DNA of 64,000 nucleotides from Deltaproteobacteria bacterium (GTDB lineage Bacteria; Myxococcota_A; Polyangia; Fen-1088): NCBI GenBank assembly GCA_033763315.1, contig JANRKS010000031.1, positions 239,015 to 303,014 of the forward strand, read 5' to 3'. Shown piece by piece: positions 55,021 to 64,000 of this stretch (position 1 is its first letter; each line of letters starts with the position of its first letter). The notes under the pieces were generated by a model. It saw only the letters and a program-made list of their open reading frames with translations, ran no database searches and was not told where the DNA came from. The position numbers and the translations under genes were made by a program.

Positions 55021-58000
55021 ATGAGTTTCTTTACCTTTTCAGCAGACCTCCCGCACCAACTGGCGGCGGTCAACAACGTTGCGGAGCTCTTCGAGGGGCT
55101 CGAGAAGCGCACTGCCGCGTCGTTTCTCAATGTCGAGGACATCATTTGTAACGCCGACGAATGGGACGACCTTGCCGACGATCTTATCGAAGAAAACCTC
55201 CATCGCATCCAGAACGCTCACAACACCGAGCAACCTGAGGCCTCCGTCGTCGTCGGCCGCTTTACCCGCGACGACGGGGTGATGCTTGATGGCGTAAGTG
55301 TTGACGCTCACTCATGCCCGCACTTCACCATCGAAATGGAGACAGGCACTGGCAAAACCTACGTTTACCTGCGAACGATGCTTGAGCTGCATCGGCGCTA
55401 CGGATTCACGAAGTTCATCGTCGTGGTGCCCTCGATTGGCATCCTCGAAGGCGTTAAGAAGGCATTCGACGATATGAGGGACCACTTCAAAGCCCTCTTC
55501 GGCACGACGAACTTCGCACGTCGCGTGTACGACGGAGGGAAGGCCGGCATTGTCCCGGCCTTCGCGCGTGACGTGTTTCCGTCGCTACTCATCATGACGC
55601 TTCAATCCTTCAGCCGCGCTAGCAACAACCTCTACAAGGCGAACGACAGCGTCATCAGCGAGCTGAAGCCGTACCAGTGGATTCAGCGCACGCGGCCAAT
55701 CGTCATCCTCGACGAGCCACAAAACATGGGCTCCGAGAAGTCCAAGGAGGCGATTCGTACGCTGCGCCCGCTCTTCGTGCTGCGCTATTCGGCTACGCAC
55801 AAGAAGGACGACCAGCCAAACCCGGTCTACCGACTCACGCCGGTGCAATCGTTCCGCTTGGGGCTGGTGAAGCACGTACAGGTCACGGGCATCGCGGAAC
55901 TGGGTATTACCGGAAAGTCGACGCTGCGCTTGCTCGACGTGACTCGCAGCGGGGCCAAACCCATCGCTAAGGTGCGTGCGCTCTGCCTCGAGAAGAACAA
56001 CGAAACCCGCGCGAAGGAGCTCACTTTCAAGCAAGGCGAGAGTATCTTCAAACAAACGAAGCTGCCGGAGCACGCGGGGCTCAAGGTCTCCAACATTCGT
56101 GCGGCCGGCGAAGGGCTCCCAGCTGCCATAGAGTTCGACGGAGGCGGTGACGGCGGGCGCATGCTTACCACTGAGGACGACCTGCAAGGCTCGTCGGAGC
56201 AGGCGTGGAAGCTCCAGATCGAGGAGTCGATAAAGAGCCACTTCGCGCGCCAGCGCGAACTGAAGAAGTACGGAGTGAAGGTGCTGTCGCTCTTCTTCAT
56301 CGACCGCGTCGCGAATTACGCGGGGGACACGCCGCGCATCAAGAACCTCTTCGACGAGTGCTTCAATGCACTAAAGAACAGGGAGCCCGACTTCAAGCAG
56401 TTCGACGCCGAGGAAGTGCGCGAGGCGTATTTTGCCAAGCGGACTAAGTCGAAGAAGGGCGGTGGTGAGGTCGAGGAGTTCCTCGACGAGGTTGGCGAGG
56501 ACTCGAAAGAAGCCAAGGAGGCTTTCGAACTCATCATGCGCAAGAAGGAGGTTTTGCTCTCGTTTCCCAACGAGAAGGACCCGGGCAGCAAGGTCGCCTT
56601 CATCTTCGCCCACTCCGCGCTTCGCGAGGGATGGGACAACCCGAACGTCTTCCAAATTTGTACGCTCAACCAGACAGTGAGCGTCATGAAGAAGCGCCAG
56701 GAGATCGGGCGCGGGCTGCGCCTCTGCGTGAACCAGAAGGGCGAGCGGCTCACCGACCCGGCGTTCAACGTACTCACGGTCATTGCCAACGAGAGCTACG
56801 AGAACTACGTCCGCACACTGCAGACCGAGTACCGGGAAGCGGGCGACCAGGCTCCGCCCGCGCCAACGCGGCCCGGCAAGGCAACGGCCAAGCGTCGCGA
56901 CGCGCTCGCGCAGAACCTCGCATTCAAGCAGTTCTGGGACAAGCTTTGTCAGCGCCTTGAGTATACGATCGACATCGACAGCGACGCGCTCATCAAAGAA
57001 GCGACGGCCAAGCTCAACGACCCGGCCGCAACGCCCTTCCCAAAGCCCATGCTCGCCGTAACCAAGGGCCGGTTCGTCGTAGTCGAGTACACTCTGGAGT
57101 TTGTGAAGGCGCTCGGCAACGACCGCGCGCAACTCCGTCTCCGTGAACTGTCCTCTGACGGGGAGGAGCTGATCCTTGGGTCGGTGCCCGTGTCCGAGAG
57201 GCTAGTCAACGTCGCGGTCGACACCGATCTCGTGAAAGACACCAACAACCCGCACCTGCGCGGATTCAGGGTGATGGAGATCGGGCGACATCTCGGCGAG
57301 ATGCGCGTCCGCTTCACAAACGAAGTGACGATCTCAGAGAGCGAGACCCACCACTTCTCCGGCACGCGCCTCGACAACAACCCGACGCGCGAAGTTGCCG
57401 CCGCCCGTCTCGACCAGCCCATTCCGGATTTCTTCGGGCGAGCCGCAGAGGAGACATTCCTGACCCGCGCCACGCTGTGGAAGATCTTCCACAGCGTCAG
57501 CAAAGAGCAGAAGGAAACGCTACACGCGCACCCGGAAGGCTGGGCCAACACGTTCGTGCGAGCCGTCGGCGACGTGGTGAAGGACCATATCGTGGATCGG
57601 CTTCGCTTCCGCGACACCGGCAGGCGCGACGACGACATCGGACCCATCGAGCTGGCGTTTCCCGCGGAGCAGGACCAGGTGCAGCGAGAGCTGATCGACG
57701 GCGGCCCGACCTCCCTCTACGACAAGGTGCAGGTCGACTCCGACGTCGAACGCACATTTGTTAACGAGCACCTCCGCCCCGACGAGAACAACCTCGTTGT
57801 CTATTTCAAGTTCCCGCCGCGCTTCAGGATCGGCCTGCCGCGCATCATCGGCAACTACAACCCCGACTGGGGCGTACTGCGACATGAGCCAGGCGCCCCC
57901 GTGTTGCTCGAACTCGTGCGCGAGACGAAGGGAGGGGATGATCTGGACAAGCTCCGCTTCCTCAACGAAGGGCGAAAGCTCGTGCTCGCCGAGCGATACT

Positions 58001-58563
58001 TCGCGACGCTCGGCATCGACTACCGTTTTGTCAGTCCACAGGTGGACAAGTACTGGCAATCGCGTGGCGCAGCTACGCATCAAAAGAAGTTCGCTGTGTC
58101 GAAGGAGCCGACGGTCATCGCAGTCGTGGTCTACGATCTGAGGGCGGCCGCGACGGCGTTCTCCCACGGCCAGGACCCGGAACAGTTGGGACACGTCTAC
58201 CTGGAGCCGAGGAAAGCTAAGCGCCCGGGGCTCTTCGTCGCCAAAGTCGTCGGCAATTCGATGAACCGTGTCGCGCCCCACGGTGCGTGGTGCCTCTGGC
58301 AACACATGGACGCCACAGGCGTTCCCGCAGCCGCGTCGGGCGAGTACGTCATCGTTCGCCGCGAAGACCCTGACGATGCCAACTTCGGCGGCTTCACGTT
58401 CAAGCGCTGGGAGCGCACTGAGGCAGGAGCACGCCTTTCGCCAGTGAGCAAGGACAAGAAGTTCAAGCCGATCCTGCTCACGCCCGACGACGAGGCCACC
58501 ACCAAGCACATCGCCCGTTTTATAGAGGTGCTGCCCATCGACGACTCTGAGGTCGCTGCGTGA
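55021..58563 (+). CDS. res: Type III restriction endonuclease with C-terminal S24 peptidase-like domain
   Basis: IEMETGTGKT, ILDEPQ, LRYSATH, LREGWDNPNVFQIC, QEIGRGLR, YNPDW..ETK; tail VVGNSMN..TFKR. Confidence 0.93.
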   Translation: MSFFTFSADLPHQLAAVNNVAELFEGLEKRTAASFLNVEDIICNADEWDDLADDLIEENLHRIQNAHNTEQPEASVVVGRFTRDDGVMLDGVSVDAHSCPHFTIEMETGTGKTYVYLRTMLELHRRYGFTKFIVVVPSIGILEGVKKAFDDMRDHFKALFGTTNFARRVYDGGKAGIVPAFARDVFPSLLIMTLQSFSRASNNLYKANDSVISELKPYQWIQRTRPIVILDEPQNMGSEKSKEAIRTLRPLFVLRYSATHKKDDQPNPVYRLTPVQSFRLGLVKHVQVTGIAELGITGKSTLRLLDVTRSGAKPIAKVRALCLEKNNETRAKELTFKQGESIFKQTKLPEHAGLKVSNIRAAGEGLPAAIEFDGGGDGGRMLTTEDDLQGSSEQAWKLQIEESIKSHFARQRELKKYGVKVLSLFFIDRVANYAGDTPRIKNLFDECFNALKNREPDFKQFDAEEVREAYFAKRTKSKKGGGEVEEFLDEVGEDSKEAKEAFELIMRKKEVLLSFPNEKDPGSKVAFIFAHSALREGWDNPNVFQICTLNQTVSVMKKRQEIGRGLRLCVNQKGERLTDPAFNVLTVIANESYENYVRTLQTEYREAGDQAPPAPTRPGKATAKRRDALAQNLAFKQFWDKLCQRLEYTIDIDSDALIKEATAKLNDPAATPFPKPMLAVTKGRFVVVEYTLEFVKALGNDRAQLRLRELSSDGEELILGSVPVSERLVNVAVDTDLVKDTNNPHLRGFRVMEIGRHLGEMRVRFTNEVTISESETHHFSGTRLDNNPTREVAAARLDQPIPDFFGRAAEETFLTRATLWKIFHSVSKEQKETLHAHPEGWANTFVRAVGDVVKDHIVDRLRFRDTGRRDDDIGPIELAFPAEQDQVQRELIDGGPTSLYDKVQVDSDVERTFVNEHLRPDENNLVVYFKFPPRFRIGLPRIIGNYNPDWGVLRHEPGAPVLLELVRETKGGDDLDKLRFLNEGRKLVLAERYFATLGIDYRFVSPQVDKYWQSRGAATHQKKFAVSKEPTVIAVVVYDLRAAATAFSHGQDPEQLGHVYLEPRKAKRPGLFVAKVVGNSMNRVAPHGAWCLWQHMDATGVPAAASGEYVIVRREDPDDANFGGFTFKRWERTEAGARLSPVSKDKKFKPILLTPDDEATTKHIARFIEVLPIDDSEVAA

Positions 58564-58808
58564 GAAGGTTCCGGTCCAGTGCCATTGCCGCAGGCAATGG
58601 TTGTATTTGCAAAATGATGGTGGCGACGTAGTGCCTTACGGGCTGTGGTGATGGCACGGCCTGAAATGAACGAACCATTCACGCCAAAGATTTCGCATGG
58701 GGCTTCGCGAAAGAGCGCAACGAAGCCTGCTGGTTTCTGATGACTCTCACAACGCTTAGCCTTGCCAGTAGCGTTTTGTTCGGCGATACTAAACAAAAGA
58801 TCAGTACA

Positions 58809-59750
58809 ATGTCTAGATCTCCGCGTATCAATGAGGGTTCAACCCATCGCTTCGGTGGTGACTGGACTGATGCGAAGCTAGATGTATTGGCCAGGTATCT
58901 TAAGAGCTACACGACCGCGCTAGAAGGCAAGCCAACGCCCGATCGACCATTCCGCAAGGCATATATAGACGCGTTCGCAGGCACCGGCACGCGGACCGCA
59001 CGAGACGTCGAGACGTCCGACTCCACGGATACGTTGCTCTTCCCAGACCTGGCTGAGCCTGCACCTCAGAAGCTGCTGGATGGATCGGCCAAGCTCGCGC
59101 TCCTAGTTGAGCCCCGCTTTGACAAGTACATCTTCATCGAGCGGAGCGCCGAGCGCTGCCAGCAACTGGAAAGCTTGAAATTGCAATTTCGCGACGTGAA
59201 GGATGACATCGATATTCGTCGAGGCGAGGCGAACGAGGTGATCCAGGGGCTGTGCGCCGTTCCCTCACAGTGGAAGTCGCTGCGTGCGGTTCTTTTCCTC
59301 GATCCGTACGGTATGCAGGTCGAGTGGAAAACGATTGAGGCTGTGGCGGCAACGAAGGCCATCGATCTGTGGCTGCTCGTTCCCCTTGGTATGGGAATGA
59401 ACCGACTTGCCCCGAAGTCAGGCAAGCTACCTGAGTCTTGGCGCCAACGCATGAACGCTTTTTTGGGTACCGCTGACTGGTATGACGAATTCTATAAGGT
59501 CGAGACGAAGCCCACGCTGTTCGGCGATCAGCAAGTACAGGTGAAGGCGTCAATGGACGTGATGGCCCGCTATTTCAACAACCGCCTGAAGCAGGTGTTT
59601 GCCGGCGTCGCCGAGGAGCCGGGCGTGCTGTGGAACTCGTCGAATAACCCGCTATACATGTTCTGCTTTGCCGTGGGCAACCAACGAGGGAAAGACATAG
59701 CGCTGCGGATTGCTAACCACCTGCTTAAGCCCCTCAAGGAGGCGCGCTGA
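58809..59750 (+). CDS. tcmP: Three-Cys-motif partner protein (Rossmann methyltransferase-like)
   Basis: [29 protein letters not shown]. Confidence 0.88.
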   Translation: MSRSPRINEGSTHRFGGDWTDAKLDVLARYLKSYTTALEGKPTPDRPFRKAYIDAFAGTGTRTARDVETSDSTDTLLFPDLAEPAPQKLLDGSAKLALLVEPRFDKYIFIERSAERCQQLESLKLQFRDVKDDIDIRRGEANEVIQGLCAVPSQWKSLRAVLFLDPYGMQVEWKTIEAVAATKAIDLWLLVPLGMGMNRLAPKSGKLPESWRQRMNAFLGTADWYDEFYKVETKPTLFGDQQVQVKASMDVMARYFNNRLKQVFAGVAEEPGVLWNSSNNPLYMFCFAVGNQRGKDIALRIANHLLKPLKEAR

Positions 59751-60517
59751 TGGCCCTCGGTTCGGGAATTGAGTGGACCGAGTCCACTTGGAACCCTGTC
59801 ACAGGGTGCGACAAGGTCAGCCCCGGCTGCAAGTACTGCTATGCGGAGCGAATGGCCGAACGCCTGCAGGCGATGGGCCAGCCAAATTACAGCGAAGGCT
59901 TTAAGCTAAAGCTGCAGCCTAATATGCTTGCGCTGCCGCTCCATTGGAGAAAGCCTCAGACGATCTTCGTAAATTCGATGAGCGACCTGTTTCATAAGGA
60001 CGTGCCGCTCCAGTACATTCAGCTCGTCTTCGATGTCATGCGCCGCGCGCATTGGCACCGTTTTCAAGTGCTCACCAAGCGTGCTGAACGCTTGGCCGAG
60101 TTGAGCCCGGAAATTGAATGGCCCGAGAACGTTTGGATGGGCGTTAGCGTTGAAAATGTCGAGTACCTCAATCGCATCGACAAGCTGAGAACAACAGGCG
60201 CATGTGTGAAGTTTCTTTCACTTGAGCCACTTCTTGGTCCGCTTAAAGAGTTAAAGCTAAAAAACATCGATTGGGTGATCGTTGGAGGGGAGTCCGGTCA
60301 CCGTGCGCGCCCCATGGATCCAGCATGGGTCACCGATATCCGCGACCAATGTATTCGGGCTGGCGTGGCGTTTTTCTTCAAACAATGGGGCGGTAAAAAC
60401 AAGAAGAAGGCTGGGCGGTTGTTGGATGGGCGCACGTGGGACGAGATGCCTGCCTCACCCGCGTCGCCTAAGGCCACACCGAACACCCGGCCCCGCGCCC
60501 TTCGGGTGGTGGCTTGA
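59750..60517 (+). CDS. DUF5131 (phage Gp37/Gp68) radical-SAM-like protein
   Basis: [54 protein letters not shown]. Confidence 0.95.
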   Translation: MALGSGIEWTESTWNPVTGCDKVSPGCKYCYAERMAERLQAMGQPNYSEGFKLKLQPNMLALPLHWRKPQTIFVNSMSDLFHKDVPLQYIQLVFDVMRRAHWHRFQVLTKRAERLAELSPEIEWPENVWMGVSVENVEYLNRIDKLRTTGACVKFLSLEPLLGPLKELKLKNIDWVIVGGESGHRARPMDPAWVTDIRDQCIRAGVAFFFKQWGGKNKKKAGRLLDGRTWDEMPASPASPKATPNTRPRALRVVA

Positions 60518-60615
60518 CGAGCTAGAGGGTTGCGGCCCTAGTGAGGTTCAAAACGATACCTTTAGGTATCCTTCAACGTCACTGATAGTATCAAGGCGCG
60601 GAAGGCTACACCTGC

Positions 60616-61887
60616 ATGCCCAAGAAAGAGTACGGATGGGGTAGTGGGAGCATCCCTGAAATCGCGCCACATAGCCTAGCGAAGCACCGCATCCTGCGAC
60701 AGTACGTCGAGACATACATTCGCGTGCTGACCGCGAACCCGCGCATCGATCGTTTAAGGTTGGCGTTGGTCGACGGTTTCGCGGGTGGAGGTGAGTACGT
60801 CGGGCAGGGATCGACCATTGTGCACCCGGGGTCGCCCCAGATTTTGCTCGATGCCACGAGCGCCGCCGAGGCTGCGGCAAACACAACCCGGACAAAGCCT
60901 TTCACCATTGATGCTCGTTTCTACTTCGTCGAGAAGGACGCCACGACGGCTAAGTATCTTCAGTCTGTGCTTTGCCGCCGGCCCACTTGGCACTCAGAAG
61001 CACAAAAGGTGTCGATCCTGGTGGGCGAATTTGAAAGTCGCATCGACAGCGTATTGGCTGATATCGCTGCGGGAGGTCGCGCGAACAGGACCATCTTCGT
61101 GCTCGACCAGTACGGGTATACGGCAGTACCGGTTCCCCTCATTGGCAGGATTTTCAATGCTCTTCCCAATGCAGAAGTCTTTCTCACCGTCGCCGTGGGG
61201 TGGATTACGGCGTATTTGCCGACCGCGCGCTCGGCCGCAGAGAAGCTTGGCATCGACGCGTCCGTCTTGGATCGCATTTGCCAACGCCAGGACGACGTCT
61301 TTTCTCCAGAAGACGCAGATCGACGGCCAGACCTTCTCGCCGTGCAGCGCATCCTCCACCACGCGTTTACAAACAGTCCCGGTTCTCGTTTCTACACTCC
61401 TTTCTTTATCCTCTCGCGCGAGAGCAACAGGCCGTATTGGTTCCTCCACATGGCCAACAGCCGCCGAGCGAACGACGTGGTGAAGGCCCTCCATTGGAAA
61501 CTACAGAATCACTTCGAGCACTTCGGAGGACCAGGACTGACCATGCTCGGTTACGACCCCCAAGAAGATCCGGGCGTCACTCGACAAAGTCGGTTTGTCT
61601 TTGACGATCCCGCTATGGCTCGCACGCGGCTGGCACTCGTTAATGAAATCCCCCGCCGAATCAGGGAGCTCAATCCTAGCGGTGTTTCGCTCGCTGACCT
61701 TTTCGGTGCCGTCAGCAACGAGACTCCGGCGACGCTGTCTATGTTGGGCGAATCCGTTCGTGAGTTGTGTCTCGCAAGAGAGTTGATCAAAACTGGGCGT
61801 GAAGGTCAAAAGAGGGAGCCGTCGACTGCTACAAAACCGGATGACGTCATCAGGTTGTCGCGGCAGCGGTCGTTCTCATTCGCGTAA
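60616..61887 (+). CDS. tcmP: Second TcmP-family protein with C-terminal winged helix
   Basis: HSLAKH..L..Y, VDGFAGGG.Y, GSP, FVLDQYGY. Confidence 0.85.
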   Translation: MPKKEYGWGSGSIPEIAPHSLAKHRILRQYVETYIRVLTANPRIDRLRLALVDGFAGGGEYVGQGSTIVHPGSPQILLDATSAAEAAANTTRTKPFTIDARFYFVEKDATTAKYLQSVLCRRPTWHSEAQKVSILVGEFESRIDSVLADIAAGGRANRTIFVLDQYGYTAVPVPLIGRIFNALPNAEVFLTVAVGWITAYLPTARSAAEKLGIDASVLDRICQRQDDVFSPEDADRRPDLLAVQRILHHAFTNSPGSRFYTPFFILSRESNRPYWFLHMANSRRANDVVKALHWKLQNHFEHFGGPGLTMLGYDPQEDPGVTRQSRFVFDDPAMARTRLALVNEIPRRIRELNPSGVSLADLFGAVSNETPATLSMLGESVRELCLARELIKTGREGQKREPSTATKPDDVIRLSRQRSFSFA

Positions 61888-61954
61888 CTTGCCTTAGTGT
61901 CCCAAAATCTTATCGCGTTCGCTCTAGGCTGCCTCACGGTGATAGAAATTAAGG

Positions 61955-62590
61955 GTGCCATCGGGAGATGCCGCGGTGACTGATGAATCATGGTTATGGG
62001 TTGTGGAGACCCCGAGAATAGTAATAGGAGGCACATTGGCCAACCAGATAAGAGCACCACGCATTGCCTTCTTAGAAGCATTCGGTTCCATTGCCATGAG
62101 TGCCGGCGCGCGGCGCGCATCGGAGGCATTCCTTGCACGCGAAGAGGCCTTAATGAAAGTCTCGGTTGGCGGTGCCTCATGCATGTTCGAAGCGGAAGGT
62201 GATTGGGACAAGGCCGTCCGCGTCCCAGCATCCTTCATTATTGGACTGTCCAAACTGCCACCAAGAGGTGATCCGATCTCGATGTTCGTTGCAGATGGCC
62301 GCCTATGCATTGGCGATATGTCGGTTGATTGCCTTCTGCAAGATGCACATCACAGCCAAATTTTCGATTTGCCGCCCGGCCTCGACCTAGCAACGCGGTT
62401 GAGGTTGCTCTTGCCACACAGTCATGAGGTTTTAGAACAGGCCGGGTTGTTAAAGGAACTGTTCGATGCTGAGGGGGAGCTTCAAGTGTTGGTGCAAGAG
62501 GCGGCGGAGAGCCTCGCAATGTTAGGAGTCAGCGAAGAGGACCTTGGGACATTCGTGCGCTCCAAATTAAAAGGTTCGATTAAGGAGTAG
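61955..62590 (+). CDS. Hypothetical protein
   Basis: 211-aa co-oriented ORF; start uncertain. Confidence 0.5.
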   Translation: MPSGDAAVTDESWLWVVETPRIVIGGTLANQIRAPRIAFLEAFGSIAMSAGARRASEAFLAREEALMKVSVGGASCMFEAEGDWDKAVRVPASFIIGLSKLPPRGDPISMFVADGRLCIGDMSVDCLLQDAHHSQIFDLPPGLDLATRLRLLLPHSHEVLEQAGLLKELFDAEGELQVLVQEAAESLAMLGVSEEDLGTFVRSKLKGSIKE

Positions 62591-62680
62591 GCTCTTGGAC
62601 TCAAACGCAAGAGTCGCGTACTTATAAGGGCATTGCCTCGTTAGCGCGGCTGGGTTTCGGATGCTTGAAAGGAAGAAGTC

Positions 62681-63748
62681 GTGGCGTTTGATATGAGGCT
62701 TTGGCGTGTCGATGGTACATCTCTTGAAAAGGTCGACGTCGCAAAGTTAGACCGTGAAGACCGACTTGAGGAATGGATCGAGCACGATCCTTCAATCCTC
62801 GGTATGAAAGTGGCGCTCTTAGGTCGCCAGGTGCAAACGCCCTTCGGAGGAAGGATAGACCTATTAGGGCTCGATGAAGCTGGAGACTGTGTCGTGTTCG
62901 AGCTCAAAAGAGACCGAACACCACGAGATGTGGTTGCTCAAACACTCGATTACGCCGCATGGGTATCCGAGCTGGGATACGCCGAACTTGACTCTCTGGC
63001 GCAGAAACACCGGCAAAAGCCTCTCCCTCTCGTCTACCAAGAAACATTCGTAACTACCATTCCCGAGACCGTAAACGCCAACCACAGCATGGTCATCGTG
63101 GCGTCCGAGCTCGACGATTCGTCTGAACGCATCATCAACTATTTGGCCGAAAGACACGAGCTCAACATCAATGCAGTGTTTTTCCGCTTTTTTGCTGACC
63201 ACCAAACCGAGCATCTAGGACGATGCTGGCTCCGTGATCCAGTCGAAACGGCGGAACGTGCAGTCTCCAAGAAACGCACTCCGTGGACAGGGTACTGGTT
63301 CGTTAACGTCGGCGAAGGCGACTATCGAAACTGGGACGACAACATCAAGTATGGCTACCTGAGCGCAGGGCAGGGCGAAGTCTATTCAACATCTCTTCGC
63401 CGCCTTCAGCCTGGCGCTCGCATTTTTGCGTACGTGAAGGCCCGCGGATACGTCGGCTATGGCGTCGTGACCACCGAAGCAAGACCTGTTGCCGACTTCT
63501 ATGTCAATTCCATGTCCAAGCTCCTACTTGACCTGCCACTCAAAGCGCCCAAGGTCGCAGCCAACAAAGATTCCCCTAAAATGTCGGAGTGGGCAGTGGC
63601 CATCGATTGGAAAAAGACATTCAGTCGAGAGGATGCGAGGGCCTTCAAGGGAATGTTCTCGAACCCGAACATCGTCTGCAAGATCCACGATACTGAGACG
63701 CTCAATTTTCTGTTCGATGAATTCGGCGTGACGGCGGCTAGCGAGTGA
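62681..63748 (+). CDS. NucS/DUF91-like endonuclease with C-terminal domain
   Basis: EDRLEEWI, GRQV..GRIDLLGLD..VFELKR..AQTLDYAAW; FVNVGE..WDD..YG..SAGQG. Confidence 0.85.
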   Translation: MAFDMRLWRVDGTSLEKVDVAKLDREDRLEEWIEHDPSILGMKVALLGRQVQTPFGGRIDLLGLDEAGDCVVFELKRDRTPRDVVAQTLDYAAWVSELGYAELDSLAQKHRQKPLPLVYQETFVTTIPETVNANHSMVIVASELDDSSERIINYLAERHELNINAVFFRFFADHQTEHLGRCWLRDPVETAERAVSKKRTPWTGYWFVNVGEGDYRNWDDNIKYGYLSAGQGEVYSTSLRRLQPGARIFAYVKARGYVGYGVVTTEARPVADFYVNSMSKLLLDLPLKAPKVAANKDSPKMSEWAVAIDWKKTFSREDARAFKGMFSNPNIVCKIHDTETLNFLFDEFGVTAASE

Positions 63749-64000
63749 TCTCCCCTCAACGGCGCTTGACCTTTACGTCCATGACGCCGTTCTCGCTGCG
63801 AGTGCCTACGAGGACGTCAGAAAGCCGCCGCCGGGGCCTGCCTCTCCAAGCGTAGTAGCGTAAGCGATGCACAAACGCTCGGTTGACAGCGTTAGCGGCA
63901 GAAACTGCCTGACTACAGAGCGGGCGGCACAGTGATGCGGCTGATCGGCCTGTCGAGCTCAGCGGCGTTAAGCCTTGCGCGCGTGGCGACCCAATATTGG

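Noticed and set aside
62590-63900. Integron attC-like GTTAGCG ends around the NucS-like gene
   Set aside because: No matching RYYYAAC inverse core or paired L boxes, and no integron integrase.
42192-63963. TGTCGAGCTCAG at ~42192 and ~63952 as att direct repeats
   Set aside because: A 12-bp match is expected many times by chance in 64 kb, and the flanks do not align.

Overview
GC-rich bacterial DNA; the gene content suggests Myxococcota (inference). It has four zones. (1) 1-8.5 kb: a T6SS effector locus with a PRK06147-like gene running off the left edge, vgrG, and a divergent cassette of a TTR-domain protein, a toxin and Imm71/72-like immunity. (2) 8.5-11.7 kb: signalling genes (FHA plus degenerate GGDEF, HDOD, XRE). 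(3) About 12.4-41.9 kb: an integrated virus-like element with a DUF2924/large serine recombinase module. It lacks recognisable terminase, portal, HK97 capsid, tail and packaging ATPase genes. It has a candidate single-jelly-roll capsid protein with an acidic Gly-repeat propeptide, a transglutaminase-like Cys protease, membrane and basic proteins, spike/fibre-like proteins, three peptidoglycan hydrolases, a DNA MTase and a DUF927-like helicase. It also holds two tandem ~540-bp non-coding units with covarying stems, and a clear -1 frameshift signal that would add a beta-signal tail to a holin-like protein. (4) 42.3-63.8 kb: a defence island with a catalytically dead mini-DnaE beside two PD-(D/E)XK nucleases, a TM0106 nuclease-helicase, UvrD with a split AddB-like nuclease, type III R-M with an S24-fused Res, TcmP-DUF5131-TcmP and a NucS-like nuclease. 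All family calls come from motif recognition by eye; no searches were run and no att sites were found.
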